Virus record (IMG/VR): IMGVR_UViG_3300021957_000021
Direction: 5' to 3' (one strand)
DNA length: 64,000 nucleotides
Source of the DNA: an uncultured virus (IMG/VR IMGVR_UViG_3300021957_000021)
Lineage: Duplodnaviria; Heunggongvirae; Uroviricota; Caudoviricetes
The position numbers and the translations under genes are program-made. Positions within the stretch are counted from its first letter, which is position 1. Every line of letters begins with the position of its first letter. Positions 53,441-63,738 of this stretch are shown piece after piece. The notes beneath the pieces were generated by a model. That model was not told where the DNA came from. It saw nothing but the letters and a program-made list of their open reading frames with translations, and did not search any database.

Positions 53441-54685
53441 TCAGCATATTTCTACCTCTAAAGTTTCTCCGCCCTCTGTGTTTATTTGAGTCCCATTTTC
53501 TCTAAGTAAGCTGCATAAGTCTATTTCAATTGATTCGCCGCAAGTTTCTATATCTAAATATACTCCATCTTCAGTATAAATTGGAAATTCATCTTCTTGT
53601 AGTAAGCTACAAAAATCAGGACACAATTCAACATCTATCGTTTGATTATCTTCTGCATTAAGGCTATCACCATTTTCTTGGGCTATAGAACATATATTAA
53701 AAACATTAACAGATCTAGATACTGTACTAAAACCTCCATCAAAATCAGTCACGCTATAAACAACTGAATAATTATTTAATATAGATGTATCTACTGTATT
53801 TTCTATAGTTATTCTGTTTGTAATATCACCATCGTCTTTATCAAACGCAACTGCACCTGCATCAATATAAGCCGATCCTTGAGGTGCATTGACTATAGGG
53901 CTACCAAGCAAACTAATAACAGGAAGGTTATTAATAACAACTACAGTTCTACTTATAGATGATGTCAACCCACCAGAATCAGTTACCTGATAAGATACTT
54001 CATATACTCCGTTAACATTAGTATTCACGTTACTTGCTGTAATTATTGAGCTAGTTAAATCTCCGTCTTCAGGATCGTTTGCCGTTGCGCCTGCATCATT
54101 ATAGGGCACTCCATTAAAATTTTGCACAAAACTGTTTCCAATAATCGTTATGGTCGGCGGCTCATTCCATTCCACATTGACCGTTACTTCCATACTTTCC
54201 CTTCCAGCGTAATTATCAGCAAAAACAGTAAACACTATTTCAATATCATCTCCAGCACTATAACCTAAATCACCTAAATTAATAGTACCTTGCAATAATC
54301 CTGTATTAGAATTAAATGTAAGACCAGCAGGATAATTAATAGCAATATATAAAAATGGATAATTAATATCACCAATCATATTATCAGCTACAATTTGATA
54401 AGAAAAATTAAATTCTCTACTATTAGTTTCAATATTAATAACTGAATTAGATGTTATGTTAGGAGGTGTTGCTTTAACTATTCCTCTAAATTCAGAAAAC
54501 CGATAGGTTTTGAAGGTACTTCCCTCAGGAGCCAGTAATCCAATAGATGCACCTTGATCGTTAAGTTCATTCGGCATCTTATATGGCGCGCTCCATCCAG
54601 CAACACTGGATGTACTAACTTTTTTAGAATTATTTTCTAAAAAACCACTAATTTCAGAAAACTTTATTTCCCCTTGGTCAAACAT
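53441..54685 (-). CDS. Ig-like (He_PIG plus two DUF5011-like repeats) probable virion surface protein
   Basis: PAGLTFN..TG...GT; two P.I.l.G...Y.DAGA.A.D..DGD.T repeats; three C-terminal CS..QE.G repeats. Confidence 0.75.
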   Translation of the reverse strand: MFDQGEIKFSEISGFLENNSKKVSTSSVAGWSAPYKMPNELNDQGASIGLLAPEGSTFKTYRFSEFRGIVKATPPNITSNSVINIETNSREFNFSYQIVADNMIGDINYPFLYIAINYPAGLTFNSNTGLLQGTINLGDLGYSAGDDIEIVFTVFADNYAGRESMEVTVNVEWNEPPTITIIGNSFVQNFNGVPYNDAGATANDPEDGDLTSSIITASNVNTNVNGVYEVSYQVTDSGGLTSSISRTVVVINNLPVISLLGSPIVNAPQGSAYIDAGAVAFDKDDGDITNRITIENTVDTSILNNYSVVYSVTDFDGGFSTVSRSVNVFNICSIAQENGDSLNAEDNQTIDVELCPDFCSLLQEDEFPIYTEDGVYLDIETCGESIEIDLCSLLRENGTQINTEGGETLEVEIC

Positions 54686-54852
54686 GGGAATTCTTTTTCT
54701 ATTATTTTAATTAATGGCTTAAGGTTCCCAGATTTTATGTAGTCTGCAGGATAAGCTCCTTTTAACTTCTTATTTGGTTCTCCTAACCACATAGCCGCAT
54801 CACGCGGACCTAAGTGCTCGCATAATCTTTGGAAAATTTGAAATTTATTCAT
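54664..54852 (-). CDS. Stand-alone Xre/MbcA/ParS antitoxin C-terminal-like domain (DUF2384)
   Basis: AAMWLGEPNKKLKGAYPADYI matches A..WL..PN..L.G..P...l. Confidence 0.65.
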   Translation of the reverse strand: MNKFQIFQRLCEHLGPRDAAMWLGEPNKKLKGAYPADYIKSGNLKPLIKIIEKEFPCLTKGK

Positions 54853-54861
54853 TATAATTAA

Positions 54862-54875
54862 TTACACTAGTGTAA
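54862..54875. promoter_or_regulatory. Perfect palindrome TTACACTAGTGTAA, back-to-back GTGTAA elements for divergent genes
   Basis: Lies between the 54852(-) and 54892(+) starts. Confidence 0.75.
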
Positions 54876-54891
54876 AATATATTTAAATAAC

Positions 54892-55620
54892 ATGCCACGT
54901 AAAAAAACTACGAAAAAAGAAGAGGCGTTTAAAATACCTCAATTAGCTAGCCCAGGTTTTAAGGTTGAAAATAAAAAATTAACTGAAAGACAAAAGGAGT
55001 TTCTATCTCTTTCTTTAGATCAAGATACGCGCATAATGTTTATATGCGGACCAGCAGGCAGCTCAAAAACTTATATGGCTGTCTATTCCGCATTAAGGCA
55101 TTTAAGTAATAATAATGATTATGATTTAATGTATATTAGAACTGTAATTGAAAGTGCTGATAAAGGGCTTGGCGCTTTGCCAGGCGATATTGCAGATAAA
55201 TTTAATCCATATATAGCTCCCTTAAAAGACAAATTAGATGAAATGTTACCAGCTAAAAATACAGCTCCCTCGGTGATGAAAGAACTAATGGATGAAAGGG
55301 TAGATGCGTTGCCCATTAATTTCCTTAGAGGCGCTAATTGGATAGACAAAATAGTTGTGGCTGATGAAGCGCAGAACTTTACATTTAAAGAGCTGACTAC
55401 TCTAGTAACTAGACTCGGTAAAAATAGTAAATTATTTATATGTGGAGATTTTATGCAAAGCGACATTAATGGAAAAAGCGGATTCGGACCGATGTACGAT
55501 TTATTTAATGACGAAGACAGTAAATTGAAAGGCATTCACTGCTTTCGATTTACAAAAGATGACATCATGCGAGATGAATTGCTTAAATTTATAATTGGAA
55601 AACTTGAAAATAAAAAATAA
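54892..55620 (+). CDS. phoH: PhoH-like ATPase
   Basis: GPAGSSKTY, LGALPG, FLRG, DEAQN, TRLG, GD..QSDI. Confidence 0.92.
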   Translation: MPRKKTTKKEEAFKIPQLASPGFKVENKKLTERQKEFLSLSLDQDTRIMFICGPAGSSKTYMAVYSALRHLSNNNDYDLMYIRTVIESADKGLGALPGDIADKFNPYIAPLKDKLDEMLPAKNTAPSVMKELMDERVDALPINFLRGANWIDKIVVADEAQNFTFKELTTLVTRLGKNSKLFICGDFMQSDINGKSGFGPMYDLFNDEDSKLKGIHCFRFTKDDIMRDELLKFIIGKLENKK

Positions 55621-55641
55621 TTGTGTATATCTTTATATACG

Positions 55642-56208
55642 ATGGAACTTATCTCAGCAGTTATAGGGGCAGTAACTACCCTGGCGGGCATCTACCTCGC
55701 TCATAGATTAAAATCAAAAAGAGATCCCTTGCCTAAGGATATAAATCGCAACGATAATATTTATACTGCTCTTTCATACCTTATTGCCGAGACAGATGCT
55801 GATAGATGTTATGTCTATGAATTTCATAATGGAGACTATTATTATAGTGGCAATTCCCAGCAGAAATTCAGTAACACATACGAAATCGTTGAAGAAGGGA
55901 TAAGTTGTGAATCATCTTCTGAGCATAATTTAAGAGTTTCAAATTATAACTTTTTTATTAAAGAATTAATTGAGGAAGGCGGTATATGTTACTCTAACAC
56001 AGAAAAAATACCAGACCCGCTATTTAAAGAAAAAATGCATAACAAGGGCATTAAAAGTATATCCTGCGTTCCAATTAAGTTGTTGAATGGCAAGATTATA
56101 GGGATCCTAGGAATTGACTATGTAAAACATACTGTAGATTGCGATCAAAAAATGTTCGAATTACTTAAAAATCAGGCTCGAATTATCAGTGGCTATCTTG
56201 GAGATTAG
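55642..56208 (+). CDS. N-terminal TM plus GAF-like domain; possible T4 gpT-like holin
   Basis: Hydrophobic N-terminus; ADRCYVYEFHNG, GIKSI.CVPI....G.IIGILGIDY. Confidence 0.55.
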   Translation: MELISAVIGAVTTLAGIYLAHRLKSKRDPLPKDINRNDNIYTALSYLIAETDADRCYVYEFHNGDYYYSGNSQQKFSNTYEIVEEGISCESSSEHNLRVSNYNFFIKELIEEGGICYSNTEKIPDPLFKEKMHNKGIKSISCVPIKLLNGKIIGILGIDYVKHTVDCDQKMFELLKNQARIISGYLGD

Positions 56209-56241
56209 TTGAATTTTATTTAATTAATTATATAATTAACT

Positions 56242-56586
56242 ATGAATATAGTTTATTGTACTAACTGTGGCCACAAAATAGAATACACATCTCCTTCTCC
56301 TAAATTTTGCCCTTCATGCGGTAGCAACATGGATGGATCAAAGGCTTCTGTAACCAACCCTCAAGTTGATGATATTGTTGTAGAAAAAATTCCATCTATA
56401 TCTAAATTAGAGTACGAAATAGATGCGAGCAATGGTAATAGAGTTATTTCTGGAGGTGATTTAAAAAATATCTCCGAATCCCCTAAAAGAAAGGTTTCTA
56501 AGTCAAGTAATGATAACGAAGATCTTATCAAAGAAGGTATGCAGTTATGCAGGAAAAGCAAAAAGCAGACCGATATTGATGACTAG
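56242..56586 (+). CDS. Zinc-ribbon protein
   Basis: YCTNCG...KFCPSCG. Confidence 0.75.
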   Translation: MNIVYCTNCGHKIEYTSPSPKFCPSCGSNMDGSKASVTNPQVDDIVVEKIPSISKLEYEIDASNGNRVISGGDLKNISESPKRKVSKSSNDNEDLIKEGMQLCRKSKKQTDIDD

Positions 56587-57295
56587 GAAGAAAAAATTAA
56601 GCTACGAAGACTGTGTTGATGTAATTGATAATGAATTGCGCAAACGAAAGCACAAATGGCGCCTCCACGCTCTCGCATGGATGGATTACGATGATGTCCA
56701 GCAAATAATTCGTGCTCATATTTACAAAAAATGGGATCAATGGGACCAGAAAAGAAGTTTAGCTCCTTGGATAAATAAAATAATATCCAATCAAATTAAG
56801 AATATATTCAGGAATTATTATACTAACTTTGCTAGACCTTGTTTAAACTGCCCATTCGCTCAATCTTCGGCTAGTGAACATGAAGAGGGCCACACTGGCT
56901 TATGTGGATTCACTCCAAGCGGGGTTCAATGTTCAGAGTGTCCATTATATTCTAAATGGGAGAAAACGAAAAAAAGTGCTCATGATATAAAAATGCCATT
57001 AGCTTTAGAGCATCATCCTCAAGAAGTATATAATATATCAGAAGAGCTAACTGACATTTCTGAAGCAGAAAAAAAATTGCACACATTAATGGAATTTAAG
57101 TTATCTGATAAACATTATACAATTTATAAAATGATATATGTTGAGCATTTACCAGAAGAAGAGGTTGCTAAAAAGATGGGTTATAAAAGTAATGAAAAGG
57201 GCAGAAAGGCTGGGTACAAGCAATTAAAAAACCTAAAGAAAATATTCATTGAGAAAGCAAAAGAAGTTATTGATAGAAAGGATATTATTTTATGA
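56579..57295 (+). CDS. ECF-like sigma-70 factor with Cys-rich insert
   Basis: Region 2 DDVQQ.I......W...D....L.PWI..I..NQI.N..R; region 4 LS......Y......L...EVAKKMGY. Confidence 0.7.
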   Translation: MTRKKKLSYEDCVDVIDNELRKRKHKWRLHALAWMDYDDVQQIIRAHIYKKWDQWDQKRSLAPWINKIISNQIKNIFRNYYTNFARPCLNCPFAQSSASEHEEGHTGLCGFTPSGVQCSECPLYSKWEKTKKSAHDIKMPLALEHHPQEVYNISEELTDISEAEKKLHTLMEFKLSDKHYTIYKMIYVEHLPEEEVAKKMGYKSNEKGRKAGYKQLKNLKKIFIEKAKEVIDRKDIIL

Positions 57296-58353
57296 GCAAA
57301 ATAGAATTAACGGAAACTCAAAAAACCTACCTAAGGGAAAATCACAAAAAAATTCCAGATTTAATAAAACTGACTCAAAATACTTTTTTAGACGATACTC
57401 TAGATGGAAGATCAAAAGAAGGTAGAGCTGTTAAAGACTTCTTAGTTGAAGAGAGTTTAGATTACAATACAACAAAAAAAGAGAAAAAAGGGCCAATAGA
57501 ACTCGCCGATGAACAAAAAGATGAGATTCTAGACTTAGCAGAAGACGGCTTAAACTCTTTCCAAATTGCTCAAATCATATTCCCCGAGGAAGAGGTAAAA
57601 AAGCTATCTACGGAGCAGCGAACGGTTATGGCTTATATTAAAGATGTAGCGCCAGACTTGCTGCAAAAAGATGAAAAACCAAGAGTGCGCGAGAAGTATC
57701 AGCCGCCAGATAGTTTTAACGGTGTAGTTAACTTAATATCAAATTATACTGGTGATGAATTGAATCCTGACGAAATAGGCTTGGTAGAGAAAAAATCAGC
57801 AGAAAAAATGTTACTATTCCTATCTGCGCCAAGATTTTTAAATACAATAAATAATTATAGAGATAAAGATGATAGAGACTTATTCGAAGCTGAATTTGTA
57901 AGAGCTACCTGGGGGAAACCTGATTTAACTAGCGATGAAATTAATTTATATATTAATGTTTGCATCGATTACATTAATCTGAGAAATGTAAGCAGAAATA
58001 TTGAGAAATTAAATAGAATGTTTAATGATGCTGATTCACAACAAGAGATGACTGTAAGGCTGGCTGAGCTACTTAAGACAAAAAGTGAAGAGTACGATAA
58101 GTGTGAGAAAAGAATGGAATCTCTAATCAAAAAATTAAATGGTGATCGAGCTAAAAGGCTAGAGAATCGCCAATCTCAAAATGCATCAATATTATCATTA
58201 GTTGAAACTTTTCAAAATGAAAAAGAGCGAGCTGTGATGGTAAGAATGGCTGAAATGCAAAAAAAGTTAGTGAAAGAGGAAGCAGATCGCATGGAATCTA
58301 TGGACTCCTGGAAAGCAAGAATATTAGGATTATCTAAAGACGATGCAGTATAA
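57292..58353 (+). CDS. Helical/coiled-coil protein, possible terminase small subunit
   Basis: HTH-like LNSFQIAQIIF; position upstream of TerL. Confidence 0.35.
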   Translation: MSKIELTETQKTYLRENHKKIPDLIKLTQNTFLDDTLDGRSKEGRAVKDFLVEESLDYNTTKKEKKGPIELADEQKDEILDLAEDGLNSFQIAQIIFPEEEVKKLSTEQRTVMAYIKDVAPDLLQKDEKPRVREKYQPPDSFNGVVNLISNYTGDELNPDEIGLVEKKSAEKMLLFLSAPRFLNTINNYRDKDDRDLFEAEFVRATWGKPDLTSDEINLYINVCIDYINLRNVSRNIEKLNRMFNDADSQQEMTVRLAELLKTKSEEYDKCEKRMESLIKKLNGDRAKRLENRQSQNASILSLVETFQNEKERAVMVRMAEMQKKLVKEEADRMESMDSWKARILGLSKDDAV

Positions 58354-58918
58354 GTATATCCAGCCCCAAAGGCTCCTGAATATCTATGATGAGATATTCA
58401 CAGCTGAGTCAGTCCTCACAAAAGAAGCATGTAATTTATTAATTAATTCATTTTCTGAGCAATGTAAATCTGCAACTGTCGCTGGAGTTAACGATGGTCA
58501 AAGAAATAATCTAAATACTGTCGCAATATCATCGCACCCTGTAGTTTCAGAAATTAAAAAATATTGCAGTCAAATTACAAAAACTAACATCTTATTTCAA
58601 GAAGAAGCGCAATTCATTAAATATGAGCCATCAATGTATTATGAAGAACATTATGATTTTTTTGAAAACCCATATGCTATGTTACCAAGTCAGTTTGGAA
58701 AGCAAAGATGGTATAGTATACTATTTTACCTCAACAGTGGAAAAAAAGGTGGAGAAACTAGATTTCCTAAATTCAAGATGTCTTTTAAGCCTGAGGCGGG
58801 TAAAATGTTGATGTGGAAAAATTTAAAAAATAATCAGCCCAATTATGACATGCTACATGAGTCTAAACCTACAGATGGCTGGACAAAATATGCGTTAATA
58901 TTATGGATCAGAATGTAG
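58343..58918 (+). CDS. Prolyl-4-hydroxylase-like 2OG-Fe(II) oxygenase
   Basis: HYD, R..S.L.YLN....GGET.F, H...P.....KY....W. Confidence 0.88.
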   Translation: MQYKYIQPQRLLNIYDEIFTAESVLTKEACNLLINSFSEQCKSATVAGVNDGQRNNLNTVAISSHPVVSEIKKYCSQITKTNILFQEEAQFIKYEPSMYYEEHYDFFENPYAMLPSQFGKQRWYSILFYLNSGKKGGETRFPKFKMSFKPEAGKMLMWKNLKNNQPNYDMLHESKPTDGWTKYALILWIRM

Positions 58919-59832
58919 AACATATATGCAAGGTTTGTAAAAAACCCTTTAAGTCTGAAAGAGCACTTCATATACATATTAAGTCTCACAACATTTTATT
59001 GAGCGAATACTATACGACTTATTATCCAATGAAGAATTGGTATAATGGTGAGCTGTTACCTTTTAAAAACAAAAAAGATTATTTTCGCAAAAGATTTTCA
59101 ACCAGATGGCAAATGGTGCAATGGCTTATAAAAAATAAAGACAATAAACTCGCTGAACATTATGCAGTTAGCGAGCTCAAGAATAGAATAGATGAGAAAA
59201 ACCTCTTAAAGGCTCCTAGTCATATAGAGTTGCAGATATATGACTTACCCCCTATAGATAGCTATAAAATGCTTTTTGGGTCATATACAGAGGCTTGTAA
59301 GCTCACAGGGGTTGAGCCAATATTCACCAAAAGAATATGTAAAGAGTTTTACGCTGATAAATATAAAGATACGCCAATATTTATAGATACTAGAGAACAA
59401 CAACCATTATCATTTCCCAACTCTAAAACAATGAAGTTAGATTTTGGAGATTATACTTCATCTGGCGATTATTACTCATATACTTATGTTGACCGAAAAG
59501 GAGAGCAAGATTTTAAATCAACAATGTCTACAGGTTTTGAGCGATTTAAAAAAGAATTAGATAGGTGTAGAAACATGGGGTGCTATTTATATGTGGTTAC
59601 CGAAAGCGATATAGAAAAAATAAAAAAGAGAAACAATTTTTCCAAACACCGATCTAACTTAAATTACATATGGCACAATATGAGAGTTTTATCTCATGAA
59701 TACGCGGGATGCTGCCAATTTATCTTCACGGGAAATCGAGAAAAATCTGTAGAAATTATTCCAAAATTATTAGTTCTTGGGGATGCTTTATGGGGTACAG
59801 ACATTCAATATTATTTAGACAAACAAAAATGA
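58903..59832 (+). CDS. C2H2 zinc finger plus ERCC4/XPF-type nuclease
   Basis: CKVC...LHIHIKSH; IDTREQ.P, GDY, DRK...DF, RF..EL.R. Confidence 0.75.
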   Translation: MDQNVEHICKVCKKPFKSERALHIHIKSHNILLSEYYTTYYPMKNWYNGELLPFKNKKDYFRKRFSTRWQMVQWLIKNKDNKLAEHYAVSELKNRIDEKNLLKAPSHIELQIYDLPPIDSYKMLFGSYTEACKLTGVEPIFTKRICKEFYADKYKDTPIFIDTREQQPLSFPNSKTMKLDFGDYTSSGDYYSYTYVDRKGEQDFKSTMSTGFERFKKELDRCRNMGCYLYVVTESDIEKIKKRNNFSKHRSNLNYIWHNMRVLSHEYAGCCQFIFTGNREKSVEIIPKLLVLGDALWGTDIQYYLDKQK

Positions 59833-61697
59833 GCTGGGAACCAGGAAATCAACCAAACAATCCTTTTAAGGAGGATATAAATAAATTACTTTTAGATAAA
59901 GGTTTTTTAGAAGAAGAAGAAGCTAAAATATTGTTATATCAATTTTTAAGAGAAAATATAACTTTCACAACTAGCTTACTGTCAGGAGTAGATTTATTTC
60001 CATTTCAACACATGGCGATTAAAGGTATGTTTGAAACTGACTACTTCCTAGGCATTTGGAGTCGGGGTATGTCGAAATCTTTTACTACAGGAATTTATGC
60101 CTTCCTGGACGCTATACTGAATCAGGGCGTAGAGATAGGGATATTAGCTGCTTCATTTAGGCAGTCAAAACAAATATTTAAAAAAATTGAAGATATTGCA
60201 AATAAGCCTCAGGCAAGAATGCTTGCAGGCTGCATTACTAAAAAAAGCAAGAGTAATGATGAATGGTTGATGGAAATAGGTAGAAGCAGAATCAGGGCCC
60301 TACCATTAGGTGATGGTTCCAAGCTTCGTGGTTTTAGATTTCATAGAATCATTATTGATGAGATGTTATTAATGCCTGAAAGAGTATACAATGAAGTTAT
60401 TGTGCCATTCTTGTCTGTTGTTGAAAATCCTACTCAAAGAGAGGAGTTATTTAACCTTGAAACAAACTTGATAAAAAAAGGCGAAATGACTGAAGATCAA
60501 AGATATAGATGGCCTAACAATAAATTAATAATGTTATCATCCGCTAGTTATAAATTTGAATATTTGTATAAATTATATTCTAATTTTGAAGATTTAATAC
60601 TGAATCATGTTGATCATAAAGATGGTTCTAATGCTAGAAGATCTATTATGCATTTTAGTTATGATTGTGCTCCCAAGCAATTGTATGATGTAAATTTAAT
60701 TAATCAATCTAAAGCTACAATGAGTCAGTCTCAGTTCGATAGAGAGTTTAATGCTATATTTACAGATGATAGCAGTGGATATTTTAAAACTTCTAGAATG
60801 GCGGAATGCACAATAAAGGATGGAGAAGGGCAATGCGTGGAAATAGCGGGCGAGTCTGACGCTAAATATATTTTAGCTATCGACCCTAGTTGGGCAGAAA
60901 GTGAAAGCTCTGATGATTTCGCAATGCATATACTTAAGTTAAATGATGAGAAGCGAAATGCTACTGTGGTACACAGTTATGCAATGGCTGGTGCTCGATT
61001 ACAGGATCATATGTTTTATTTTAAATATCTTATAGAAAAATTTAATATCGTTAGTATTGTAGCTGACTATATGGGAGGCGTTCAATTTATTAATGCTGTT
61101 AATGAAAGTTCTATGTTTAAAAAAGATAATATTAACTTTAAACAAATAGATGTTAATTTTGATGAATTAAATGATTATCAGAATGTCCTTAAAGGAGTTA
61201 GACAACAATATAACCAACAGGACAGAAGAATTTGTTTCCTAAGAAAACCTAGTTCTGACTGGATAAGAAGAGCGAACGAATCTCTTCAGGCGAATTTCGA
61301 TCATAAAAGATTGTGGTTTGCGTCAAGAGCTATTGACGAAGATTATGCTATGCAACGCAGAAAGAAAATACCAATCACAAAATTAAAATTTTTAAAAAAT
61401 GAAGAAAAGAATCAGTCTCCCCAATCTAAAATGATTGATCTCATTGAGCATCAATACGATCTAATGAACCTAACCAAGTCTGAGTGCGCCCTAATTCAAA
61501 TAAAAACTTCTCCCCAAGGAACCCAGACATTTGACTTGCCTGACAATTTAAAAAGACAGACAGGCCCCGAAAAAACTAGAAAAGACTCTTACTCCGCATT
61601 AGTTTTAGGTAACTGGATGACTTCATTATACTACGAATTTATGAATGTTGATTTGACTCCAAAATACGCAAACTTTACGCCAATGTTTATAAAATAA
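59829..61697 (+). CDS. terL: Terminase large subunit
   Basis: LFPFQ, SRGMSKS, LRGFR...IIIDE, LSSA, FDREF.AIF, LAIDP, KD.YSA. Confidence 0.88.
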   Translation: MSWEPGNQPNNPFKEDINKLLLDKGFLEEEEAKILLYQFLRENITFTTSLLSGVDLFPFQHMAIKGMFETDYFLGIWSRGMSKSFTTGIYAFLDAILNQGVEIGILAASFRQSKQIFKKIEDIANKPQARMLAGCITKKSKSNDEWLMEIGRSRIRALPLGDGSKLRGFRFHRIIIDEMLLMPERVYNEVIVPFLSVVENPTQREELFNLETNLIKKGEMTEDQRYRWPNNKLIMLSSASYKFEYLYKLYSNFEDLILNHVDHKDGSNARRSIMHFSYDCAPKQLYDVNLINQSKATMSQSQFDREFNAIFTDDSSGYFKTSRMAECTIKDGEGQCVEIAGESDAKYILAIDPSWAESESSDDFAMHILKLNDEKRNATVVHSYAMAGARLQDHMFYFKYLIEKFNIVSIVADYMGGVQFINAVNESSMFKKDNINFKQIDVNFDELNDYQNVLKGVRQQYNQQDRRICFLRKPSSDWIRRANESLQANFDHKRLWFASRAIDEDYAMQRRKKIPITKLKFLKNEEKNQSPQSKMIDLIEHQYDLMNLTKSECALIQIKTSPQGTQTFDLPDNLKRQTGPEKTRKDSYSALVLGNWMTSLYYEFMNVDLTPKYANFTPMFIK

Positions 61698-61764
61698 AAG
61701 TTAAAAGTAACTTTAAAAGTAACTTTTTTTACTTATTATAATATATAGGTGTAATTCTCGACAA

Positions 61765-63711
61765 ATGGCTAAAAGAAAATATACTAAGAAATCTGAATAC
61801 TGGAAAAAGTTTGATCAAAGTCAACCTTTAGACAATATAATGATATCAAATTCTACTCAATGGTCTCCAGAGTTATCTGGAGAAGGATTTTACCAGTCAA
61901 TAGCTAGTGAATATAGTAGGGGCGGCAAAGTCGATACTCAAACAAGAAAGAATCGCGCAGCCTTAGGCACGAAAGCTTCTAAATACGAAAACATTCACAA
62001 AGGGCTACTTCCATACCATTTCAGCGCAGAAGGGATACATATCAGAGAAGCTATTGAATTGTGCCAAAAAGCTTACTGTAATATTTCTATATTTAGAAAC
62101 GCAATTGATATTATGTCTGAATTTGCTAATGCAGAAATTATGCTAGAAGGTGGGAGTGAAGTTGCTAGAAATTTTATAAAAAAATGGTTTGACAAAATTA
62201 ACTTATGGTTTTTAAAAGATCAATTTTTTAGAGAGTATTATCGATCAGGAAATGTTTTCTTATATACCTTAGAAGGTAAAATTGATTTAAATGATTTGAG
62301 AAGATCTTACAGAACAGAAATTATTGGTCTTAAAGGAAAAATTCCATTGAGGTACATCATCCTCAATCCGTATGACATCGTAAGAAGGCATAGTTCTTCA
62401 TTTTCAGATTCATTATACGAAAAGATATTAAGTGAGTATGAGATAGAAAGATTAAAAACCCCAAAGAACGATTTAGATAAGCAAATATTTGAATCCTTAT
62501 CTCCTGAGGCTAAGAAGAAAGTTAAAGACAATGCTTACTTAAGGGATGGTGTAAAAGTTCCTCTTGATCCTAAATATCTTAGATACTGCTTTTATAAGAA
62601 ACAAGACTATGAGCCATTTGCAATTCCATTTGGATTTTCTGTTTTAGACGACATTAATTTCAAGCTAGAGCTTAAAAAAATTGATCAAGCTATTACTAGG
62701 ACAATCGAAAATGTGATACTCTTAATTACAATGGGGGCTGAACCAGATAAAGGAGGAGTCAATCCAACCAACATGGTAGCTATGCAAAAGCTTTTTCAAA
62801 ATGAGAGTGTCGGTAGAGTTTTAGTCAGTGACTATACAACTAAGGCTCAATTTGTTATACCAGAAATTAATAAGGTTTTAGGCGCTGAAAAATATGAGAT
62901 CGTCAATCAAGATATTAAAGAAGGCTTGCAGAATATAATTGTTGGCCAAGAAAAATTTTCAAATACTGCAGTTAAGGCTGAAATATTCCTAGAAAGGTTA
63001 AAAGAATCGAGGAATGCGTTTTTAAAGCAATTTCTTCAACCAGAAATCAATCAGATTTGCAAAAACTTAGGAATGAAATCTATACCACAAGCAAAATTTG
63101 AAGAAGTAAACGTTAAGGATGAAACACAACTTCAAAGAGTAACTACAAGATTAATGGAGATAGGAATACTGACTCCTCAACAAGGTGTAGATGTTATGAA
63201 AACTGGACTATTTCCAGAATCAAAAGAAATTTCGCCTGCTCAAGAAAAATTTGTAGAAGAGAGAGAAATGGGATATTACAATCCCTTGGTAGGCGGAGTT
63301 CCTATGATCGAAGGAGAAACTTCGACCCAAACACCTAAGTCTGCTGGCAGACCAACTGGTACTTCAGGCATTCCAAAAGAATCTGCCGCTAAAGAAACAT
63401 ATGGTAGAACAGATATACAAAATGTAGTATATGCAACCGAGCAATTCGTAGAAGAAGCTAAAAAAATATTAAAATCTCATAAAAAAATAAAAAGATTAAA
63501 TAAAGGACATCAAAAACTTATAAGTGAATTATGTTCTAAAATAGTAGTATCTTCTGAGCAAGAAAATTGGAATAAAAACTTTGAAAGCGTTGTTAAAGAT
63601 TCTGAAAAGATTATGGATTTAAATACTTTATCAGGAATAGATAAAATATGCCTAGAGCATCAAATAGAAGAATACCCAGCTGCGTTACTATATCATAGTA
63701 AAAAAAAATAA
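61765..63711 (+). CDS. Portal protein
   Basis: 648 aa directly after TerL; FRNAID.M.E, FREYYRSGNVF. Confidence 0.7.
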   Translation: MAKRKYTKKSEYWKKFDQSQPLDNIMISNSTQWSPELSGEGFYQSIASEYSRGGKVDTQTRKNRAALGTKASKYENIHKGLLPYHFSAEGIHIREAIELCQKAYCNISIFRNAIDIMSEFANAEIMLEGGSEVARNFIKKWFDKINLWFLKDQFFREYYRSGNVFLYTLEGKIDLNDLRRSYRTEIIGLKGKIPLRYIILNPYDIVRRHSSSFSDSLYEKILSEYEIERLKTPKNDLDKQIFESLSPEAKKKVKDNAYLRDGVKVPLDPKYLRYCFYKKQDYEPFAIPFGFSVLDDINFKLELKKIDQAITRTIENVILLITMGAEPDKGGVNPTNMVAMQKLFQNESVGRVLVSDYTTKAQFVIPEINKVLGAEKYEIVNQDIKEGLQNIIVGQEKFSNTAVKAEIFLERLKESRNAFLKQFLQPEINQICKNLGMKSIPQAKFEEVNVKDETQLQRVTTRLMEIGILTPQQGVDVMKTGLFPESKEISPAQEKFVEEREMGYYNPLVGGVPMIEGETSTQTPKSAGRPTGTSGIPKESAAKETYGRTDIQNVVYATEQFVEEAKKILKSHKKIKRLNKGHQKLISELCSKIVVSSEQENWNKNFESVVKDSEKIMDLNTLSGIDKICLEHQIEEYPAALLYHSKKK

Positions 63712-63738
63712 AAGCAAAAAATCTGTGTAATGCTTTGT

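Noticed and set aside
59709..59828. N-terminal extension of TerL in the ORF track
   Set aside because: Overlaps the ERCC4 gene; ATG at 59829 gives standard 4-nt coupling
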